DNA from: a candidate division WOR-1 bacterium RIFOXYB2_FULL_46_45
Lineage (GTDB): Bacteria > Margulisbacteria > WOR-1 > XYC2-FULL-46-14
DNA: 64,000 bases
Direction: 5' to 3'
NCBI GenBank assembly: GCA_001771585.1
Contig: MEUE01000001.1
Location: 476,744 to 540,743, forward strand
Shown: positions 10,336 to 23,782 of the stretch, one piece after another
Numbering within the stretch: position 1 is the first letter of the stretch
How the letters are laid out: every line of letters starts with the position of its first letter
Program-made: the position numbers and the translations under genes
Notes under the pieces: model-generated
The model's input: the letters and a program-made list of their open reading frames with translations, nothing else
What the model was told of the DNA's origin: nothing
The model's database searches: none

Positions 10336-12414
10336 TTATTTCCCTTGCGCCTTCGCGATTATTTCTTCGGAAACATTTTTCGGGACTTCCGCGTATTCCG
10401 AATATTCCATCGAATAGGTCCCTCTCCCCTGCGTCTTTGAACGCAGATCGGTTGAGTAGCCGAACATCGCGGAGAGCGGAACTTTGGACTTGATCGTTTG
10501 GATTCCGGCGTGGGAATCCATCCCTTCAATTCGTCCCCTGCGGCTGTTTAAGTCGCCGATGACATCTCCCATGTATTGTTCCGGAACTTCCACTTCCACC
10601 TTCATGATCGGCTCAAGCAAGACCGGCTTGCTTCTTGAAGCGGCCTCTTTGAAAGCCATCGATCCGGCAATTTTAAAGGCGATTTCGGAAGAATCGACAT
10701 CATGATAGGAACCGTCGAACAAGGTTGCCTTAAGGTCAATGGTCGGATAGCCGGCCAAAACTCCGGTGTTGATTGCTTCTTTTACTCCGGCTTCAACCGC
10801 CGGGATATATTCGCGCGGGATAGCCCCGCCGACGATATCGTTGACAAATTCAAAACCCTTCCCCGCTTCAAGCGGCTCAAGTTTTAAATAAACGTGACCG
10901 TATTGTCCACGGCCGCCGGTCTGACGAATAAATTTCCCTTCGGCTTCGGCAGCTCTGCGAATAGTCTCTTTATAAGCAACTTGCGGACGACCCACATTCG
11001 CTTCAACTTTAAATTCGCGCAAAAGCCGATCGACAATAATTTCAAGATGCAATTCTCCCATGCCGGAAATAATGGTCTGTCCGGTTTCCGGATCGGTCTT
11101 AATTCTGAAAGTCGGATCTTCTTCCGCCAATTTTTGAAGCGAGATGCCCAGTTTTTCCTGGTCGGCCTTGGTCTTCGGTTCAATCGCGACAAAAATGACC
11201 GGTTCCGGAAAGACGATCGATTCAAGCAAAATCGGCTTACCTTCAACGCAAAGCGAATCTCCGGTTGAAGTATATTTTAAGCCGACCGCGGCGGCGATAT
11301 CTCCCGCGTAAACTTCTTTTACCTCTTCCCGTTTGTTTGAATGCATCTGCAAAACCCGCCCGATCCTTTCTCTCTTGTCTTTTGAAACGTTTAAGATGTA
11401 TGAACCAGATTCGAGAACTCCCGAATAGACCCTGAAAAAAGTCAGCCTTCCGACAAAAGGATCGGTCATGATCTTAAAAGCGAGAGCCGAAAAGGGCTCG
11501 TCGTCTTTGGCCAGCCTAGTATCCTCTTCTCCGGTCTTGGGATTGAGCCCCTTCACCGACTGAACCTCAAGCGGAGAAGGAAGAAAATCAACAATCGCGT
11601 CCAAAAGGGGCTGAACCCCTTTGTTCTTAAAAGAAGACCCGCAGCAGATCGGGATGATCTTGGTAGCGATGGTCGCTTTTCTGATCCCGGATTTAATTTC
11701 GTCAACCGTGAGCTCTTTCCCGCTCAAATATTTTTCAAGCAGGGCGTCGTCGGCTTCGGCCGCCGCTTCCAGTAGCTGATGGCGGTAAACTTTTGCCTGT
11801 TCCAGAAGGTCCGCGGGAATCTCGTCGATCCTGAATTTTTGGCCAAGTTCGTCTTCGTAAATTATTGCTTTCATTTCGATCAGATCAACGACTCCGGCAA
11901 AACGTTCTTCCGCCCCGATCGGCAGCTGCAGAGGAACCGGATTGATCAGCAGGCGCTCTTTAATTTGTTTAACTACTCTCAAAAAATCGGCCCCGACCCG
12001 GTCCATCTTGTTGATAAAGACCATGCGCGGAACTTTGTAGCGGTTAGCCTGACGCCAGACCGTTTCCGACTGGGGCTGAACCCCGCCGACCGCGCAGAAA
12101 ATAATTACAACTCCATCCAGCACCCGCATGGAGCGTTCCACTTCAACCGTAAAATCGACGTGTCCGGGAGTGTCGATAATGTTAATCCGATAGTCCTTCC
12201 AGGTGGTGGTGGTGGCGGCGGAGGTGATGGTAATTCCTCTCTCCCTCTCCTGTTCCATCCAATCCATCGTCGCGGTCCCTTCGTCCACGCTTCCCAGCTT
12301 GTGGACTTTTCCGGAATAGAAAAGAACCCTCTCTGTGGTGGTCGTCTTCCCCGCGTCGATATGAGCGGCGAAACCGATATTTCTATATTTTTCCATGTTA
12401 TGTGATCGTGTCAT
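10336..12414 (-). CDS. fusA: elongation factor G
   Basis: [12 protein letters not shown] is the G1 motif. I trimmed the start to the ATG at 12414, after a GGTGG RBS. It sits 4 nt upstream of rpsJ, with no tuf in between. Confidence 0.9.
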   Translation of the reverse strand: MTRSHNMEKYRNIGFAAHIDAGKTTTTERVLFYSGKVHKLGSVDEGTATMDWMEQERERGITITSAATTTTWKDYRINIIDTPGHVDFTVEVERSMRVLDGVVIIFCAVGGVQPQSETVWRQANRYKVPRMVFINKMDRVGADFLRVVKQIKERLLINPVPLQLPIGAEERFAGVVDLIEMKAIIYEDELGQKFRIDEIPADLLEQAKVYRHQLLEAAAEADDALLEKYLSGKELTVDEIKSGIRKATIATKIIPICCGSSFKNKGVQPLLDAIVDFLPSPLEVQSVKGLNPKTGEEDTRLAKDDEPFSALAFKIMTDPFVGRLTFFRVYSGVLESGSYILNVSKDKRERIGRVLQMHSNKREEVKEVYAGDIAAAVGLKYTSTGDSLCVEGKPILLESIVFPEPVIFVAIEPKTKADQEKLGISLQKLAEEDPTFRIKTDPETGQTIISGMGELHLEIIVDRLLREFKVEANVGRPQVAYKETIRRAAEAEGKFIRQTGGRGQYGHVYLKLEPLEAGKGFEFVNDIVGGAIPREYIPAVEAGVKEAINTGVLAGYPTIDLKATLFDGSYHDVDSSEIAFKIAGSMAFKEAASRSKPVLLEPIMKVEVEVPEQYMGDVIGDLNSRRGRIEGMDSHAGIQTIKSKVPLSAMFGYSTDLRSKTQGRGTYSMEYSEYAEVPKNVSEEIIAKAQGK

Positions 12415-12421
12415 TTTGTTT

Positions 12422-12892
12422 TTACCACCTAAAATGCGCGAAGGCCTTATTCGCCTCCGCGGTCTTGTGCATTGTCTCCCTGCTTTTGGCCGCCCCGCCG
12501 GCATTGTTGCAGGCGTCTATCAACTCTTGCGAGAGACGGTCGATCATCCCTTTTCCCGGACGCTTCCTGGCGGCATCCCTCAACCAGGACATCGCCAAAA
12601 GAACCCCGCGGTATTTCGGAACCTCAATCGGAACCTGATAGGTCGCACCGCCCACCCTTCTGGCTTTGACTTCCATGTAAGGAGTGGTGTTTTTTAAGGC
12701 CTGTTCAAAAATCTGGAGCGGCTCTTTCTTAATTTTGGCCGCGGCCTCCAGCAGGGAGCCGTAAACAATTTTTTCCGCCTTGCTCTTTTGTCCGCCCCAC
12801 ATCAACTTGTTGATGAATTTTTGCAGCAGCTCACTTCCGTAAACCGCGTCTTTGGGAATCTTTCTTTTTATTATGCTTCTGCCTCTTGGCAT
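12422..12892 (-). CDS. rpsG: 30S ribosomal protein S7
   Basis: 156 aa in the str operon position. Confidence 0.9.
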   Translation of the reverse strand: MPRGRSIIKRKIPKDAVYGSELLQKFINKLMWGGQKSKAEKIVYGSLLEAAAKIKKEPLQIFEQALKNTTPYMEVKARRVGGATYQVPIEVPKYRGVLLAMSWLRDAARKRPGKGMIDRLSQELIDACNNAGGAAKSRETMHKTAEANKAFAHFRW

Positions 12893-12895
12893 CGT

Positions 12896-13279
12896 TTATT
12901 TTCCTCCCTCTTTCGGCCGCTTCGCGCCGTAAAGAGAACGGCTCTGTCTTCTTTTTTCCACTCCGGTCGTATCAAGCGCCCCGCGCACAATGTGATATCT
13001 GACGCCGGGCAAATCCTTCACGCGGCCGCCTCTGACCAAAACGACAGAGTGCTCCTGGAGATTGTGCCCTTCTCCCGGAATGTAGGCCGAGACTTCAATT
13101 CCTCCGGCCAGTTTCACACGGGCCACTTTGCGCAAAGCCGAGTTCGGCTTTTTCGGTGTGGTGGTGTAAACTCTGACGCAAACCCCTCTTTTTAAGGGAT
13201 TGCCGGAAAGCGCCGGCGCTTTGCTTTTCAAGGTCTTCCTTCCTCTTCCTTTCCTTATCAATTGATTAGTTGTTGGCAT
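12896..13279 (-). CDS. rpsL: 30S ribosomal protein S12
   Basis: [12 protein letters not shown] is the S12 N-terminus. Confidence 0.9.
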   Translation of the reverse strand: MPTTNQLIRKGRGRKTLKSKAPALSGNPLKRGVCVRVYTTTPKKPNSALRKVARVKLAGGIEVSAYIPGEGHNLQEHSVVLVRGGRVKDLPGVRYHIVRGALDTTGVEKRRQSRSLYGAKRPKEGGK

Positions 13280-13282
13280 AAT

Positions 13283-16200
13283 TTATTTCTCCACGGTAGT
13301 CGCGACAAGATTCAAGTTGCGGTAAGACGCGAATCCGGTCCCGGCGGGAATCAACCTCCCTATTATAACATTTTCTTTCAATCCGTACATCTCATCTTCT
13401 TTTCCCTTGATTGCCGCTTCGGTTAAAATGCGCGCCGTCTCCTGAAAAGAAGCGGCCGAAATAAAACTTTCGGTAGTCAGCGAGGCCTTGGTTATTCCAA
13501 GCAGAACCTCTTCCCCTTCCGCTTTTTCTCCCTTAACTCCGGAGTTAAGGGTTTCAAGGGTGAGCTTGTCGATCAATTCTCCCGGAAGCAGGATCGTGTC
13601 GCCGGGCTTTATGATCCTGACCCGTTTGGTCATCTGGCGGACGATCACTTCAATGTGCTTGTCGTTGATCGTTACACCCTGCGAACGGTAGATCTTTTGG
13701 ATTTCGTCGACAACGTGGATCTGCACCGGAAAGACCCCCAGTATCCGCAAAATATCGTGGGGATTAATGCTTCCGTAAGTGAGAGGAGCTCCCGCGTGGA
13801 CGCGGTCGCCGCTCACAACCTTCAACCGTGTATCATAAGAAACGGGATATTCTTTAACCTCTCCCTTGGAATTTTTTACTTTGATCAAGCGTGAACCTTC
13901 ACGATCCGAAATGGTTATCTCACCGTCAATTTCGGATAAGATCGCCGAATCAGACGGGCGGCGCCCTTCAAACAATTCTTCAACTTTCGGAAGACCCTGA
14001 ATAATGTCACGGGTCTTGCTCGGGTCGCGGCGGATTCCTTCAACCTTGGCCAGCATATCGTAGGCGGAGATATCTTCCCCTTCACTCACATAAAGGCGCG
14101 AGCCGGCAATAATCTTATACGCTTCGCCAGGAGCAATGACAATTTCACTCTTGGTAACTTTCAAAACCGAACCGGCAACACGGCTTACAATCGAGCTCGC
14201 TATCTCGTCTCCGGCTCCAACCTTGTCTCCCTCTTTTACAAAAACCTTCGCGCCGCTTGGCACCTCGTGGCTCTTTTCCACTTTGGGAGAATAGACAAAG
14301 ATCTCCCCGTCTTTTTGGCTGATCTTCTCGCGTCCGCGGACTTCCGGCTCAATCCCGAAAAAGCGGATTTTCCCGGCGGCCGTTGAAACGACGTATTCGT
14401 AAGTCGGATCAAATTCGGCCAGAAGATCTCCCTGGTTGACCGAATCGTCTTCTTTAACTTTTAAAAGGGCTCCGACCGGCAGGATGTAATTCTCGTGCTT
14501 GCTCTTTACCTTCAGCTCCAGATTTCCCTGTCGGGTAACCATCACCGTTTTTTTACCGGCTTCGTCTTCGGTCTTTTTCAATTCAACTCCCGCTCCGAAT
14601 GAAACTTTTCCGGAGTGGCGGCTCTTGATCAGAACCTTGGCCGCTTTGTGCAGCGCGACCCCTCCGATGTGGAAGGTACGCATGGTCAGCTGGGTTCCGG
14701 GCTCACCGATACTTTGCGCGGCAATCACTCCGACCGCCTCTCCCAGATTAACGGTACGGCCGGTCGCGAGGTCTTTTCCGTAGCAGGCACTGCAAATTCC
14801 GCGCTTGCTCTCGCAACTTAAAGGAGAGCGGACCGTGATCTCTTCGATCCCGGCTTCGCGGATAAGTAAGGCGTCTTCTTCCGAAATCTCTTCACCCGCT
14901 TTTACGATAACTTTATTGGTGATCGGGTCGGTCACATTCGTAACCGGCCTCCGGTTGATCACCCTCTGGTCAAGCGGAATAATTTCATCATAACCTTCCC
15001 TGACCGCCTTCAAAGTGATCCCTTCTTTGGTCCCGCAGTCGTCTTCAATGATCATGACATCCTGCGAAACGTCAACCAGGCGACGGGTTAGGTATCCCGA
15101 ATCGGCGGTACGCAATGCCGTGTCAACCAACCCTTTTCTGGCACCGTAAGAAGAGATAAAAAATTCGGTTACGGTCAAACCTTCTTTAAAGTTTGTCAAA
15201 ATCGGGATGTCAATAATGTTTCCGGAAGGATCGGCCATCAAGCCGCGGATACCGGCCAGCTGCCTTACCTGCTGAACATTCCCCCTGGCTCCGGAGAAGG
15301 CCATCATGTAAACAGAATTTAAGATATCAAATCCCTTGAGCATGGCATTGGTAACGTTTTCGGTGACATTGCTCCAAACGTCCAGGCTGCGCATGAATTT
15401 TTCGTTGACCGAAATTACACCGTCCTTGTGCTGACGCTCCAGGTCTTTGATCTCTTTTTTGGCCTCATCAATTATGGCTTCTTTCTCCGGGGGCACTTTG
15501 ATATCTTCAATGGCAATTGAAACTCCGGCGATGGTGGCATATTTAAAACCGAGCCGCTTGATCTCGTCCGCCACCGAAGAGGTGACCGCCGCCCCAAAAC
15601 GCTCGTTGCATTCCAAAATCAGTTTTTCAATGTCTTTCTTGTTGAAAACCTTGTTTAAATATTCCATCTTGGCATCGGGAAGGTGTCTTTTAACCGCGCG
15701 ATCGATAGTATGATTAAGCTTGATCCTGCCGACCGTTGTTTCGATCAATTCGCCTTCGCGCATCACTTTTATTTTTGAATGCAGGTGAATCTTGTCCAGG
15801 TCGTGGGCGATCATCGCTTCCCAGTCGCCCGAGAAGACCATCCCCTGACCCAATTTTTGCCGCTCGTCCAGCACCGTCATATAGTAGGTTCCCAAAACCA
15901 TGTCCTGGGTCGGAGTAACAACCGGACGCCCCGAAGCGGGAGACAAGATATTGTTTGACGAAAGCATCAGCAAACTGGCTTCAACTTTCGCTTCGGTCAA
16001 AAGCGGCACGTGCACCGCCATTTGATCGCCGTCGAAATCGGCGTTGAAAGCGTTACAAACCAACGGATGGATTTGGATAGCTTTTCCTTCAACCAGAATC
16101 GGTTCAAAGGCCTGGATACCGAGACGGTGAAGGGTTGGCGCGCGGTTTAGGAGGACCGGATGGCCTTTAATCACTTCTTCCAACACATCCCAAACCATGA

Positions 16201-17416
16201 TCTCTTCGCGTTCGATCTGGCGTTTGGCCGATTTGACATTTTGCGAGTAGCCGCGCTCAACCAGTTTCCTGACTACCAGCGGTTTGAAAAGCTCCAGCGC
16301 CATCCGCTTGGGAAGTCCGCACTGGTGCAACTTTAAAGTAGGTCCGACTACGATAACCGAACGGCCGGAGTAGTCAACCCTCTTTCCCAAAAGATTTTGC
16401 CGGAAGCGTCCCTGCTTACCTTCTATAATATCGGTTAATGAACGGAGCGGCCGGCCGTTGGCCCCGACTACCGCCCTCTTTCTCCTGCGATTGTCGATTA
16501 AAACGTCAACCGCTTCCTGAAGCATCCTCTTTTCGTTCCGGATGATCATGTCCGGAGCGCCCATATTGATCATTTTTTTCAGGCGGTTGTTGCGGTTAAG
16601 AACCCGGCGGTAAAGGTCGTTTAGATCGGAGGTGGCAAACCTTCCTCCTTCAAGCTGAACCATCGGACGCAGGTCGGGAGGAATAACCGGAACAACATCC
16701 AGCACCATCCACTCGGGACGGTTGCCGGAAGAGTGAAACGATTCGGCCACTCTTAAACGTTTAATTATCTTCAAACGTTTCTGCCCGTCTGAGGTCTTCA
16801 TCTCTCTCCGTAATTTCTGAACCAGTTCAGGAATATCAACGCGCGATAAGAGCTCCAAAATTCCTTTGGCGCCGCTCTCGGCCTTGAACTTGTCGCCGTA
16901 GTTTTCGCGCGCTTCGGCGTATTCCGCTTCGCGCAAAACCGTTCCGACTTGAATGTTTGATTTTTCCATCTCATCGTCAACTTCGGTAACCAGGTAGGCA
17001 TCGTAGTAAACGGTCTCTTCAAGCGCCCGAGCCGGGACGTCAAGCAGCATGGCCATATATCCGGGAACCGAACGGAGGAACCAGATGTGGGCGACCGGCA
17101 CCGCCAATTTGATGTGTCCCATCCTTTCGCGGCGGACACGGGAAGTGGTGACCTCAACTCCGCAGCGTTCGCAGACAATTCCGCGATAGCGGACTCTTTT
17201 ATATTTTCCGCAATGGCATTCCCAGTCCTTGACCGGTCCGAAAATCTTTTCGCAAAAGAGCCCGCGCCTCTCCGGTTTGAAAGTGCGGTAGTTGATCGTT
17301 TCGGGCTTTTCGACTTCGCCAAAGGACCAAGCCAAAATCTGCGACGGTGAAGCCAGGCCGATCTTCAAACGGTCAAAATCACTTAATTCTATTTCTGTCG
17401 TCCCAAATGGCGTCAT
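13283..17416 (-). CDS. rpoC: DNA-directed RNA polymerase beta' subunit
   Basis: 1377 aa with NADFDGD and zinc-finger motifs. Confidence 0.95.
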   Translation of the reverse strand: MTPFGTTEIELSDFDRLKIGLASPSQILAWSFGEVEKPETINYRTFKPERRGLFCEKIFGPVKDWECHCGKYKRVRYRGIVCERCGVEVTTSRVRRERMGHIKLAVPVAHIWFLRSVPGYMAMLLDVPARALEETVYYDAYLVTEVDDEMEKSNIQVGTVLREAEYAEARENYGDKFKAESGAKGILELLSRVDIPELVQKLRREMKTSDGQKRLKIIKRLRVAESFHSSGNRPEWMVLDVVPVIPPDLRPMVQLEGGRFATSDLNDLYRRVLNRNNRLKKMINMGAPDMIIRNEKRMLQEAVDVLIDNRRRKRAVVGANGRPLRSLTDIIEGKQGRFRQNLLGKRVDYSGRSVIVVGPTLKLHQCGLPKRMALELFKPLVVRKLVERGYSQNVKSAKRQIEREEIMVWDVLEEVIKGHPVLLNRAPTLHRLGIQAFEPILVEGKAIQIHPLVCNAFNADFDGDQMAVHVPLLTEAKVEASLLMLSSNNILSPASGRPVVTPTQDMVLGTYYMTVLDERQKLGQGMVFSGDWEAMIAHDLDKIHLHSKIKVMREGELIETTVGRIKLNHTIDRAVKRHLPDAKMEYLNKVFNKKDIEKLILECNERFGAAVTSSVADEIKRLGFKYATIAGVSIAIEDIKVPPEKEAIIDEAKKEIKDLERQHKDGVISVNEKFMRSLDVWSNVTENVTNAMLKGFDILNSVYMMAFSGARGNVQQVRQLAGIRGLMADPSGNIIDIPILTNFKEGLTVTEFFISSYGARKGLVDTALRTADSGYLTRRLVDVSQDVMIIEDDCGTKEGITLKAVREGYDEIIPLDQRVINRRPVTNVTDPITNKVIVKAGEEISEEDALLIREAGIEEITVRSPLSCESKRGICSACYGKDLATGRTVNLGEAVGVIAAQSIGEPGTQLTMRTFHIGGVALHKAAKVLIKSRHSGKVSFGAGVELKKTEDEAGKKTVMVTRQGNLELKVKSKHENYILPVGALLKVKEDDSVNQGDLLAEFDPTYEYVVSTAAGKIRFFGIEPEVRGREKISQKDGEIFVYSPKVEKSHEVPSGAKVFVKEGDKVGAGDEIASSIVSRVAGSVLKVTKSEIVIAPGEAYKIIAGSRLYVSEGEDISAYDMLAKVEGIRRDPSKTRDIIQGLPKVEELFEGRRPSDSAILSEIDGEITISDREGSRLIKVKNSKGEVKEYPVSYDTRLKVVSGDRVHAGAPLTYGSINPHDILRILGVFPVQIHVVDEIQKIYRSQGVTINDKHIEVIVRQMTKRVRIIKPGDTILLPGELIDKLTLETLNSGVKGEKAEGEEVLLGITKASLTTESFISAASFQETARILTEAAIKGKEDEMYGLKENVIIGRLIPAGTGFASYRNLNLVATTVEK

Positions 17417-17421
17417 TTATT

Positions 17422-20400
17422 TCACCTCTTGCGGGCCGCTTGCTGCGGCGGCTTCCTTTTTTTGCTGTCTTCGTCGAGGATCATTTCTTTTCCGTCGGCA
17501 GTCAAGGCCTTGACATCCAACGCCAAACTGCGCAATTCTTTGATTAAGACCTTAAACGATTCCGGAATACCGGGCTTGTCCATCGGCTTCCCTTTGATGA
17601 TCGATTCATAAACTTTTGATCTTCCCAAAACATCGTCGGACTTGACGGTCAAAAGTTCCTGCAGTGTGTGCGACGCGCCATAGGCCTCCAGCGCCCAGAC
17701 CTCCATTTCACCAAAACGCTGTCCTCCAAACTGGGCTTTTCCTCCCAGCGGCTGTTGGGTGATGAGCGAATATGGTCCGGTTGAACGGGCGTGCATCTTG
17801 TCGTCAACCAGGTGGATCAATTTCATGATATATGAATAGCCGACCGCGATCTTTCTTTCAAAGGCCTCGCCGGTGCGGCCGTCGCGCAATTCAACTTTGC
17901 CGCTCCCATCCACCCACTTTAGAGGGATGCTCTTTAATTCTTTCCTGACATAATCTTCGGACGAAAGCCCATAGGTCTCGTCAAACGGCGGAGCGGTGTA
18001 ATACTTGCCGAGTTTTTTGGCGGCAAAACCGAGCAGAAGCTCAAAAATCTGTCCGATATTCATACGAGAAGGGACGCCCAGCGGATTCAAGACGATATCA
18101 ACCGCGGTTCCGTCCGGAAGATACGGCATATCTTCTTCTTTCATAATCTTGGCGACAACCCCTTTGTTTCCGTGGCGTCCGGCCAGTTTGTCGCCGATGC
18201 TTAACTTTCTCATCTGGGCAACATAGACACGGATCAATTCGTGAACCCCGGGAGAAAGTTCGTCTCCCTTGTCGCGTGAAAAAGTTCGTACATTTATAAT
18301 TTTCCCGCCTTCACCCGGAGGGACTTTAAGGGAGGTGTCACGCATATCGCGCGCCTTGTCGCCAAAAATCGCGCGCAAAAGTTTTTCTTCGGCCGGAAGC
18401 TCGGTCTCACCTTTGGGAGTGACCTTGCCGACTAAAACTTCTCCCGGAAAAACTTCAGTCCCCGGACGGATCACTCCGCGTTCGTCCAGGTTGCGAAGCG
18501 CTTCTTCCGAAATATTTGGGATTTCGCGGGTAATCTCTTCCATCCCCAGCTTGGTGGAACGAACCTCAACCTCGTAGCGTTCGATGTGGATGGAAGTAAA
18601 CAGGTCTTCTTTGACCAGCCGTTCGGAAACCAGGATGGCGTCTTCGTAGTTGTAACCTTCCCACGGCATCATCGCCACCAAAACATTTTGCCCCAGCGCC
18701 AATTCTCCCATGTCGGTTGCGGAACCGTCGGCTAAGACATCGTCTTTTTTGACGCTGTCGCCGACCGCCACGCGGGGACGCTCATGGATTAAAGTGTTTT
18801 GGTTGCTGCGGGAAAATTTGGTCAGCTCGTAGGTCTCTTTTTTTCCGCTTGAAGTGGAGATGACGATCTCTTCGGAGTTGACGGAAGAAATAGTCCCCGC
18901 GGATTTGGCCTTGATCACCGAACGCGAATCGTCGGCGACTTTCTTTTCGAGCCCGCTTCCTACAAAAGGAGCTTCGGGACGAAGGACCGGAACCGACTGC
19001 CGCTGCATGTTGGCTCCCATCAAGGTGCGGTTGGCGTCGTCGTGTTCGATAAACGGGATCATCGCGGTTGAAACGCCGATCACCTGTTCGGGAACGACGC
19101 TTATATAGTCGACTTCTTTGGAGCGGGAAAACTGAAAGGCCCTCTTATAACGGACCGGCACCTGGGTATCTGTTATTTCGTTGTCTTTGTTTAAAGGGGT
19201 ATCGCATGAAGCGATCCGGTACAAATCTTCGATATCGGCGGTAAGGTATTCGACTTTGTTGCTTACTTTGCCGTTGCTTACTTTAAAATAAGGAGTTTCA
19301 ATAAAACCAAAATCATTGATCCTGCCGTAGGTGGCAAGCGAAGCGATCAAGCCGGCGTTGGGACCTTCGGGGGTTTCAATCGGACAGACCCTGCCGTAGT
19401 GACTCGGATGAATGTCGCGGACCTCGAAACCGGCCCGCTCGCGGGTCAAACCGCCCGGTCCCAAAGCCGAAAGACGGCGCTTGTGGGTCAATTCGGCCAA
19501 AGGATTAGTCTGATCCATAAACTGCGAAAGCTGTGAAGAGCCAAAAAATTCTTTGATCACCGCCGACATTGGACGGACGTTTATCAGCGCCTGGGGAGCA
19601 ACCCCCGATCCGGCCTTGGTAAGCATCGCCTCTTTGATCAGCCGCTCAATCCTGGTCAGCCCGATCCTAAATGTCCGGGTCAAAAGTTCCCCGACCGATC
19701 TGATCCGGCGGTTCCCCAAATGGTCAATATCATCGGTCAACCCTTCACCGTTATGCAATTTAATTAAATAATCGATAATCCCCAAAATATCTTCTTTGGT
19801 CAAAACCGCGCTCTCCATGTCAACTTTGATCTCCAGCTTGCGATTTAACTTATAACGCCCAACCCTGCCCAGGTCATAACGCCGCTGGTTAAAGAAAAGG
19901 TTCGCCAGATATTGTTTGGCCCCTTCGTAGGTAGCCGGGTCTCCCGGACGCATCTTCTTGTAAATTTCGATCAAGGCGTCTTCTCTTGAAACGATCGGGC
20001 TCTCTTTTAAGGTGCGCTTACGGAATTCCCCCTCTGAAAGGACCTGAAGGATCTCTTTTTCGGTCGCCCCTATCGCGCAAAGAAAAGTGATAACTCCGAT
20101 CTTTCTGGTTTTATTGATCCTGGCGTAAACGCACAGGTGGGCGTCGGTTTCGATTTCAAGCCAAGCTCCGCGGTCGGGAATGACCGTGGCATAATAGAGG
20201 GTGCGGTCCAGCTTTTCAATCCGTTTACTTTCTTTAAAGTAAACTCCCGGAGAACGGGTCAGCTGGCTGACAATAACCCGCTCGGCGCCGTTTATAATAA
20301 AGGTGCCGCGCTCGGTCATCATCGGCAGGTCGCACAAGAAGACATCCTGCACTTTGACCTCTTTGGACTGCTTGTTTACCAGCTTGATCTCGACGTTTAG

Positions 20401-20652
20401 AGGAGATGCAAAGGTCATTTCGCGGATCAAAGACTCCCGGACCGAATATTTCGGTTTGTCAAACTCAAATTTTCCGGTGAAATACAATTCGTATTTTCCG
20501 TCGTAACTTTTGATCGGCGAGGCCGCTTTGAGCTCGTCTCTTAAGCCGGTCTCTTTGAACCATTCAAAAGATTTAAGCTGCATCTCCAGAAAATCCGGAG
20601 CGGTAACCGCCCTCCTCTTCTCGTCCGCCAGAAGGCTTATCCTTTCTCTCAT
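17422..20652 (-). CDS. rpoB: DNA-directed RNA polymerase beta subunit (compact, 1076 aa)
   Basis: Conserved rpoB blocks, located upstream of rpoC. Confidence 0.95.
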   Translation of the reverse strand: MRERISLLADEKRRAVTAPDFLEMQLKSFEWFKETGLRDELKAASPIKSYDGKYELYFTGKFEFDKPKYSVRESLIREMTFASPLNVEIKLVNKQSKEVKVQDVFLCDLPMMTERGTFIINGAERVIVSQLTRSPGVYFKESKRIEKLDRTLYYATVIPDRGAWLEIETDAHLCVYARINKTRKIGVITFLCAIGATEKEILQVLSEGEFRKRTLKESPIVSREDALIEIYKKMRPGDPATYEGAKQYLANLFFNQRRYDLGRVGRYKLNRKLEIKVDMESAVLTKEDILGIIDYLIKLHNGEGLTDDIDHLGNRRIRSVGELLTRTFRIGLTRIERLIKEAMLTKAGSGVAPQALINVRPMSAVIKEFFGSSQLSQFMDQTNPLAELTHKRRLSALGPGGLTRERAGFEVRDIHPSHYGRVCPIETPEGPNAGLIASLATYGRINDFGFIETPYFKVSNGKVSNKVEYLTADIEDLYRIASCDTPLNKDNEITDTQVPVRYKRAFQFSRSKEVDYISVVPEQVIGVSTAMIPFIEHDDANRTLMGANMQRQSVPVLRPEAPFVGSGLEKKVADDSRSVIKAKSAGTISSVNSEEIVISTSSGKKETYELTKFSRSNQNTLIHERPRVAVGDSVKKDDVLADGSATDMGELALGQNVLVAMMPWEGYNYEDAILVSERLVKEDLFTSIHIERYEVEVRSTKLGMEEITREIPNISEEALRNLDERGVIRPGTEVFPGEVLVGKVTPKGETELPAEEKLLRAIFGDKARDMRDTSLKVPPGEGGKIINVRTFSRDKGDELSPGVHELIRVYVAQMRKLSIGDKLAGRHGNKGVVAKIMKEEDMPYLPDGTAVDIVLNPLGVPSRMNIGQIFELLLGFAAKKLGKYYTAPPFDETYGLSSEDYVRKELKSIPLKWVDGSGKVELRDGRTGEAFERKIAVGYSYIMKLIHLVDDKMHARSTGPYSLITQQPLGGKAQFGGQRFGEMEVWALEAYGASHTLQELLTVKSDDVLGRSKVYESIIKGKPMDKPGIPESFKVLIKELRSLALDVKALTADGKEMILDEDSKKRKPPQQAARKR

Positions 20653-20654
20653 GC

Positions 20655-21026
20655 TTATTTAATCTCCACCTTTGCCCCTTCGGCTTCGAGCTTCTGCTTC
20701 GCCTCCTGGGCTTTTTCCTTTTTAACTTTTTCAATCAGGGTCTTGGGGGCTCCGTCAACCAGCTCTTTCGCCTCTTTGAGGCCCAAACCGGTCAGCTCCC
20801 TTACAACTTTCAATACCTGAATTTTTTTGTCTCCGGAAGAGGCCAAAACGACGTCAAATTCGTCCTGCACTTCTTCCGCCGCCGCCGCACCCGCTCCGCC
20901 TGCCATGGCCATGACCGGTGCCGCCGCCGAAACGCCGAACTTTTCTTCGAATTTTTTTACCAAATCCGCCAGTTCCAAAACCGTCAAGCTTCCAACAGAC
21001 GTAACAATTTCATCTAAATTTGCCAT
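20655..21026 (-). CDS. rplL: 50S ribosomal protein L7/L12
   Basis: An Ala-rich hinge plus the C-terminal domain. 123 aa. Confidence 0.9.
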   Translation of the reverse strand: MANLDEIVTSVGSLTVLELADLVKKFEEKFGVSAAAPVMAMAGGAGAAAAEEVQDEFDVVLASSGDKKIQVLKVVRELTGLGLKEAKELVDGAPKTLIEKVKKEKAQEAKQKLEAEGAKVEIK

Positions 21027-21028
21027 CT

Positions 21029-21574
21029 CTATTCACCTCCCTTTGCTTCTTGTCCTTTTTTATCTTTAATCGCGTTCAAAGAATACAACAGTTTTTTCAG
21101 TGTTCCCGCCAGGACATTGACGATCCCCTGCTTCGGACTGTTCATCGACTGCAGCAGCCGAACGATCAGCTCCTGCCTTCCGGGCAGTTTTGAAAGTTTT
21201 ACAATCGCGTCTTTGCTCAAAAATTCGTCATTTAAAATTCCGCCGATAATTTCCGGCTTTTCGTTCTCTTTGATAAAACCGACCAGCTCTTTGGCCGGCT
21301 CAACCGGGTCAGCCGCCGCGAAAAGAATCGCAACCGATCCGGTCAGTTTTTCAAGCAGTTCCTTGTTTTTTGGCAAAGCCAGGTTCGACATGGTATTCTT
21401 GACCACTTTGTAGCTTGCCCCGCTGGCCTTTAATGAACGGCGCAGGATCGTCATCTGCTTAACGCTCATCCCTTTATAATCGGTCAAGATGATGCTTCCG
21501 CTCTTGTCCGCGATCTCTTTTATCTTTGAAACAACCAGCTCTTTTTCTTTTCTGACTACTGTTCTTCCCGGCAT
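21029..21574 (-). CDS. rplJ: 50S ribosomal protein L10
   Basis: I chose the ATG at 21574 after a GGTGGAG RBS. The ORF track start at 21598 would overlap rplA. Confidence 0.8.
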   Translation of the reverse strand: MPGRTVVRKEKELVVSKIKEIADKSGSIILTDYKGMSVKQMTILRRSLKASGASYKVVKNTMSNLALPKNKELLEKLTGSVAILFAAADPVEPAKELVGFIKENEKPEIIGGILNDEFLSKDAIVKLSKLPGRQELIVRLLQSMNSPKQGIVNVLAGTLKKLLYSLNAIKDKKGQEAKGGE

Positions 21575-21575
21575 A

Positions 21576-22253
21576 TTAAATCTCCACCAAAGAAGCATTT
21601 TCGAGACGGATTCCCGATCCCATCGAAGAAGAAATAAAAATGCTCTTTATGAATGCTCCTTTCACGCTCGACGGCTTGGCGGCCTGGACCGCGGCAACCG
21701 CCGTCTTTAAATTTTCAATGATCGCCTGGTCGGCGAAAGATTTCTTTCCTATTAATATATGGACCACTCCGGTATCATCCATCTTGAATTCGGCTTTCCC
21801 TTTTTTAAAGGCCTGGACGGTTTCTTTGATGTCCAGGGTAACAGTTTGGCTTTTGGGATTCGGCATCAAACCGCGTTTCCCTAAAACCTTTCCCAGCTTA
21901 CCAACTTTACCCATCATGTCGGGAGTCGCAATCAGGATATCAAAATCTATAAAGCCCTTCTCAATTTTTTCTATTAGATCTTCCCCTCCAAAAACATCCG
22001 CCCCGGCGGTTTCGGCTTCGCCAACTTTGACTCCGCTTCCGATCACCGCTATTTTGACTTTTTTACCGGTGCCGTGCGGAAGAGAAACAACGCCCCGAAC
22101 CGGTGCGGTCCCCTTCTTTGGAGTGGTCCCCAGTTTGATTGAAAGGTCGACCCCTTCGTCAAACTTGGCCCAAGCGACTTCCTTTAATAATTTTATTGCC
22201 GCTTCCGGTTTATAAACCTTGTTGCGGTCAACTTTTTTCTTTTCTATTTTCAT
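21576..22253 (-). CDS. rplA: 50S ribosomal protein L1
   Basis: 225 aa in the operon position. Confidence 0.9.
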   Translation of the reverse strand: MKIEKKKVDRNKVYKPEAAIKLLKEVAWAKFDEGVDLSIKLGTTPKKGTAPVRGVVSLPHGTGKKVKIAVIGSGVKVGEAETAGADVFGGEDLIEKIEKGFIDFDILIATPDMMGKVGKLGKVLGKRGLMPNPKSQTVTLDIKETVQAFKKGKAEFKMDDTGVVHILIGKKSFADQAIIENLKTAVAAVQAAKPSSVKGAFIKSIFISSSMGSGIRLENASLVEI

Positions 22254-22690
22254 TCTATCTCCACTCCCATACTGCGGGCGGTCCCGGCGACAATATTCAT
22301 CGCCGCGGGGAGGTCGTTGGCGTTGATGTCGGGCATTTTTATTTTGGCAATTTCTTCGAGCTGTTTCTTGTTGATCTTGCCGACCTTGTTTTTGTTGGGC
22401 TGGCCGGAACCCTTTTCAATCTTGGCCGCTTTGCGGATCAGCGCGGCGGCGGGTGGAGTTTTCAGTATAAAATCGAAGGAGCGGTCTTTGTAGACGGAGA
22501 TTTCAACCGGGACAATCATGTCCCCTTTTTCTCTGGTGGCTTCGTTGTAGGCCTTGCAGAATTCCATAATGTTGATCCCGTGCTGTCCAAGCGCGGGACC
22601 GATCGGAGGAGCCGGATTGGCTTTTCCCGCCGGAATCTGCAATTTGATTTTTGTCAGTAACTCTTTTTTCTTTTTCGGTTTAGCAGCCAT
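22250..22690 (-). CDS. rplK: 50S ribosomal protein L11
   Basis: The [11 protein letters not shown] motif. Confidence 0.9.
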   Translation of the reverse strand: MAAKPKKKKELLTKIKLQIPAGKANPAPPIGPALGQHGINIMEFCKAYNEATREKGDMIVPVEISVYKDRSFDFILKTPPAAALIRKAAKIEKGSGQPNKNKVGKINKKQLEEIAKIKMPDINANDLPAAMNIVAGTARSMGVEIE

Positions 22691-22698
22691 AATTTCCT

Positions 22699-23358
22699 TT
22701 ATATAATCTTCTCGGCATGCTCAAAATTAACTTCGACCGGCGTATCTCTTCCAAAAATATTGATCAAGACCTTGAGTTTTTCCTTGTCGATATTGATCTC
22801 GTCAATTGTTCCGGTATAACCTCTAAATGGTCCGGAAATAACCCTGACGGTCTCGCCTTTTTTGAAAGCGATCTCAAGCTTTTCCTCTTTCGCGCCGATC
22901 TGCTTCAAGACCCTCTGCATCTCCCGGTCGGAGACCGGAGTCGGCTTAACCTTGGTCCCGATGAACCTTGCCACTCCCGGCGTCTGCCGGATGGCGTGCC
23001 AAGTTTCGTCTGTTAGGATCATCTCAAGAAAAACGTAGCCCGGAAACATCTTCCTCTTCTTTTCGATCCGCTTCTTCCCTTTTAGCTCAACGATCTCTTC
23101 TTCGGGAATCAGGATCTGGGCAACGATATTCTGCATATGCAGCATATCGATGGTCTGGAGGAGCGCTTCTTCTACCTTTTCTTCCTGTCCGGAATAGGTT
23201 TGTATCACCCACCAGCGCTTCTCACCCTTTACATCAGCGAAATTGACCGGCTCCGGTTCCGGTTTTTGTTCCGGCGCTTGCGGCTCTTCCGCCGCCGGAA
23301 CTTCCGGAACTATCGGCTCACTCTGCTGGTTTTCAATTTGCTTATTTTCTTCTTCCAT
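22699..23358 (-). CDS. nusG: transcription antiterminator NusG with an acidic/Pro-rich N-terminal extension
   Basis: NGN domain ([13 protein letters not shown]) plus KOW. The start is trimmed to the ATG at 23358, which overlaps the secE stop by 1 nt. Confidence 0.85.
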   Translation of the reverse strand: MEEENKQIENQQSEPIVPEVPAAEEPQAPEQKPEPEPVNFADVKGEKRWWVIQTYSGQEEKVEEALLQTIDMLHMQNIVAQILIPEEEIVELKGKKRIEKKRKMFPGYVFLEMILTDETWHAIRQTPGVARFIGTKVKPTPVSDREMQRVLKQIGAKEEKLEIAFKKGETVRVISGPFRGYTGTIDEINIDKEKLKVLINIFGRDTPVEVNFEHAEKII

Positions 23359-23555
23359 TAAAATACCTGGTTCAGCAACAAAATTAACTTGGCCAAGACC
23401 AAGTCGGTAAACATCACAAAAAAACCGATCGCGAAACTGACTACAATTATTATTATAGTAGCGGATACAACATACTGCCGGGTCGGCCACGCTACTTTCT
23501 TAACCTCTGCCTGGGTCTCTTTCAAATACTCTGTTATTTTATTCTTCATTTTCAC
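23358..23555 (-). CDS. secE: preprotein translocase SecE
   Basis: 65 aa with a single C-terminal TM. Position between tRNA-Trp and nusG. Confidence 0.85.
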   Translation of the reverse strand: MKMKNKITEYLKETQAEVKKVAWPTRQYVVSATIIIIVVSFAIGFFVMFTDLVLAKLILLLNQVF

Positions 23556-23558
23556 AAA

Positions 23559-23632
23559 CGGGCGAGAGAGGAATCGAACCCCTAACCCCCGGTTTTGGAG
23601 ACCGGTGCTCTAGCCAGTTGAGCTACTCGCCC
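23559..23632 (-). tRNA. trnW: tRNA-Trp (anticodon CCA)
   Basis: I folded the cloverleaf by hand: acceptor GGGCGAG/CTCGCCC, D-stem GCTC/GAGC, anticodon loop CTCCAAA, T-loop TTCGATT. No encoded CCA. Confidence 0.85.
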
Positions 23633-23782
23633 CTACTTTGTCTCCTTATGAGGCGTGTGCTTCCTGCACCGGCTACAGTACTTGGAACGCTCCAGACGCC
23701 CCTGCGTATTTTTCTTATTCTTGGTCGTCGCGTAATTCCTATTTTTGCACTCGGTGCATTCTAATGTAATTATTTCCTGCAT
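23633..23782 (-). CDS. rpmG: 50S ribosomal protein L33
   Basis: 49-aa ORF ([49 protein letters not shown]) with a Cys4 zinc ribbon. It is shorter than the track's 60-aa cutoff. It ends with TAG. Confidence 0.85.
   Translation of the reverse strand: MQEIITLECTECKNRNYATTKNKKNTQGRLERSKYCSRCRKHTPHKETK

Noticed and set aside
12180-12250. A GGTGGTGGTGGTGGCGGCGGAGG repeat.
   Set aside because: It is the antisense of a fusA coding segment, not a microsatellite or G-quadruplex feature of interest.
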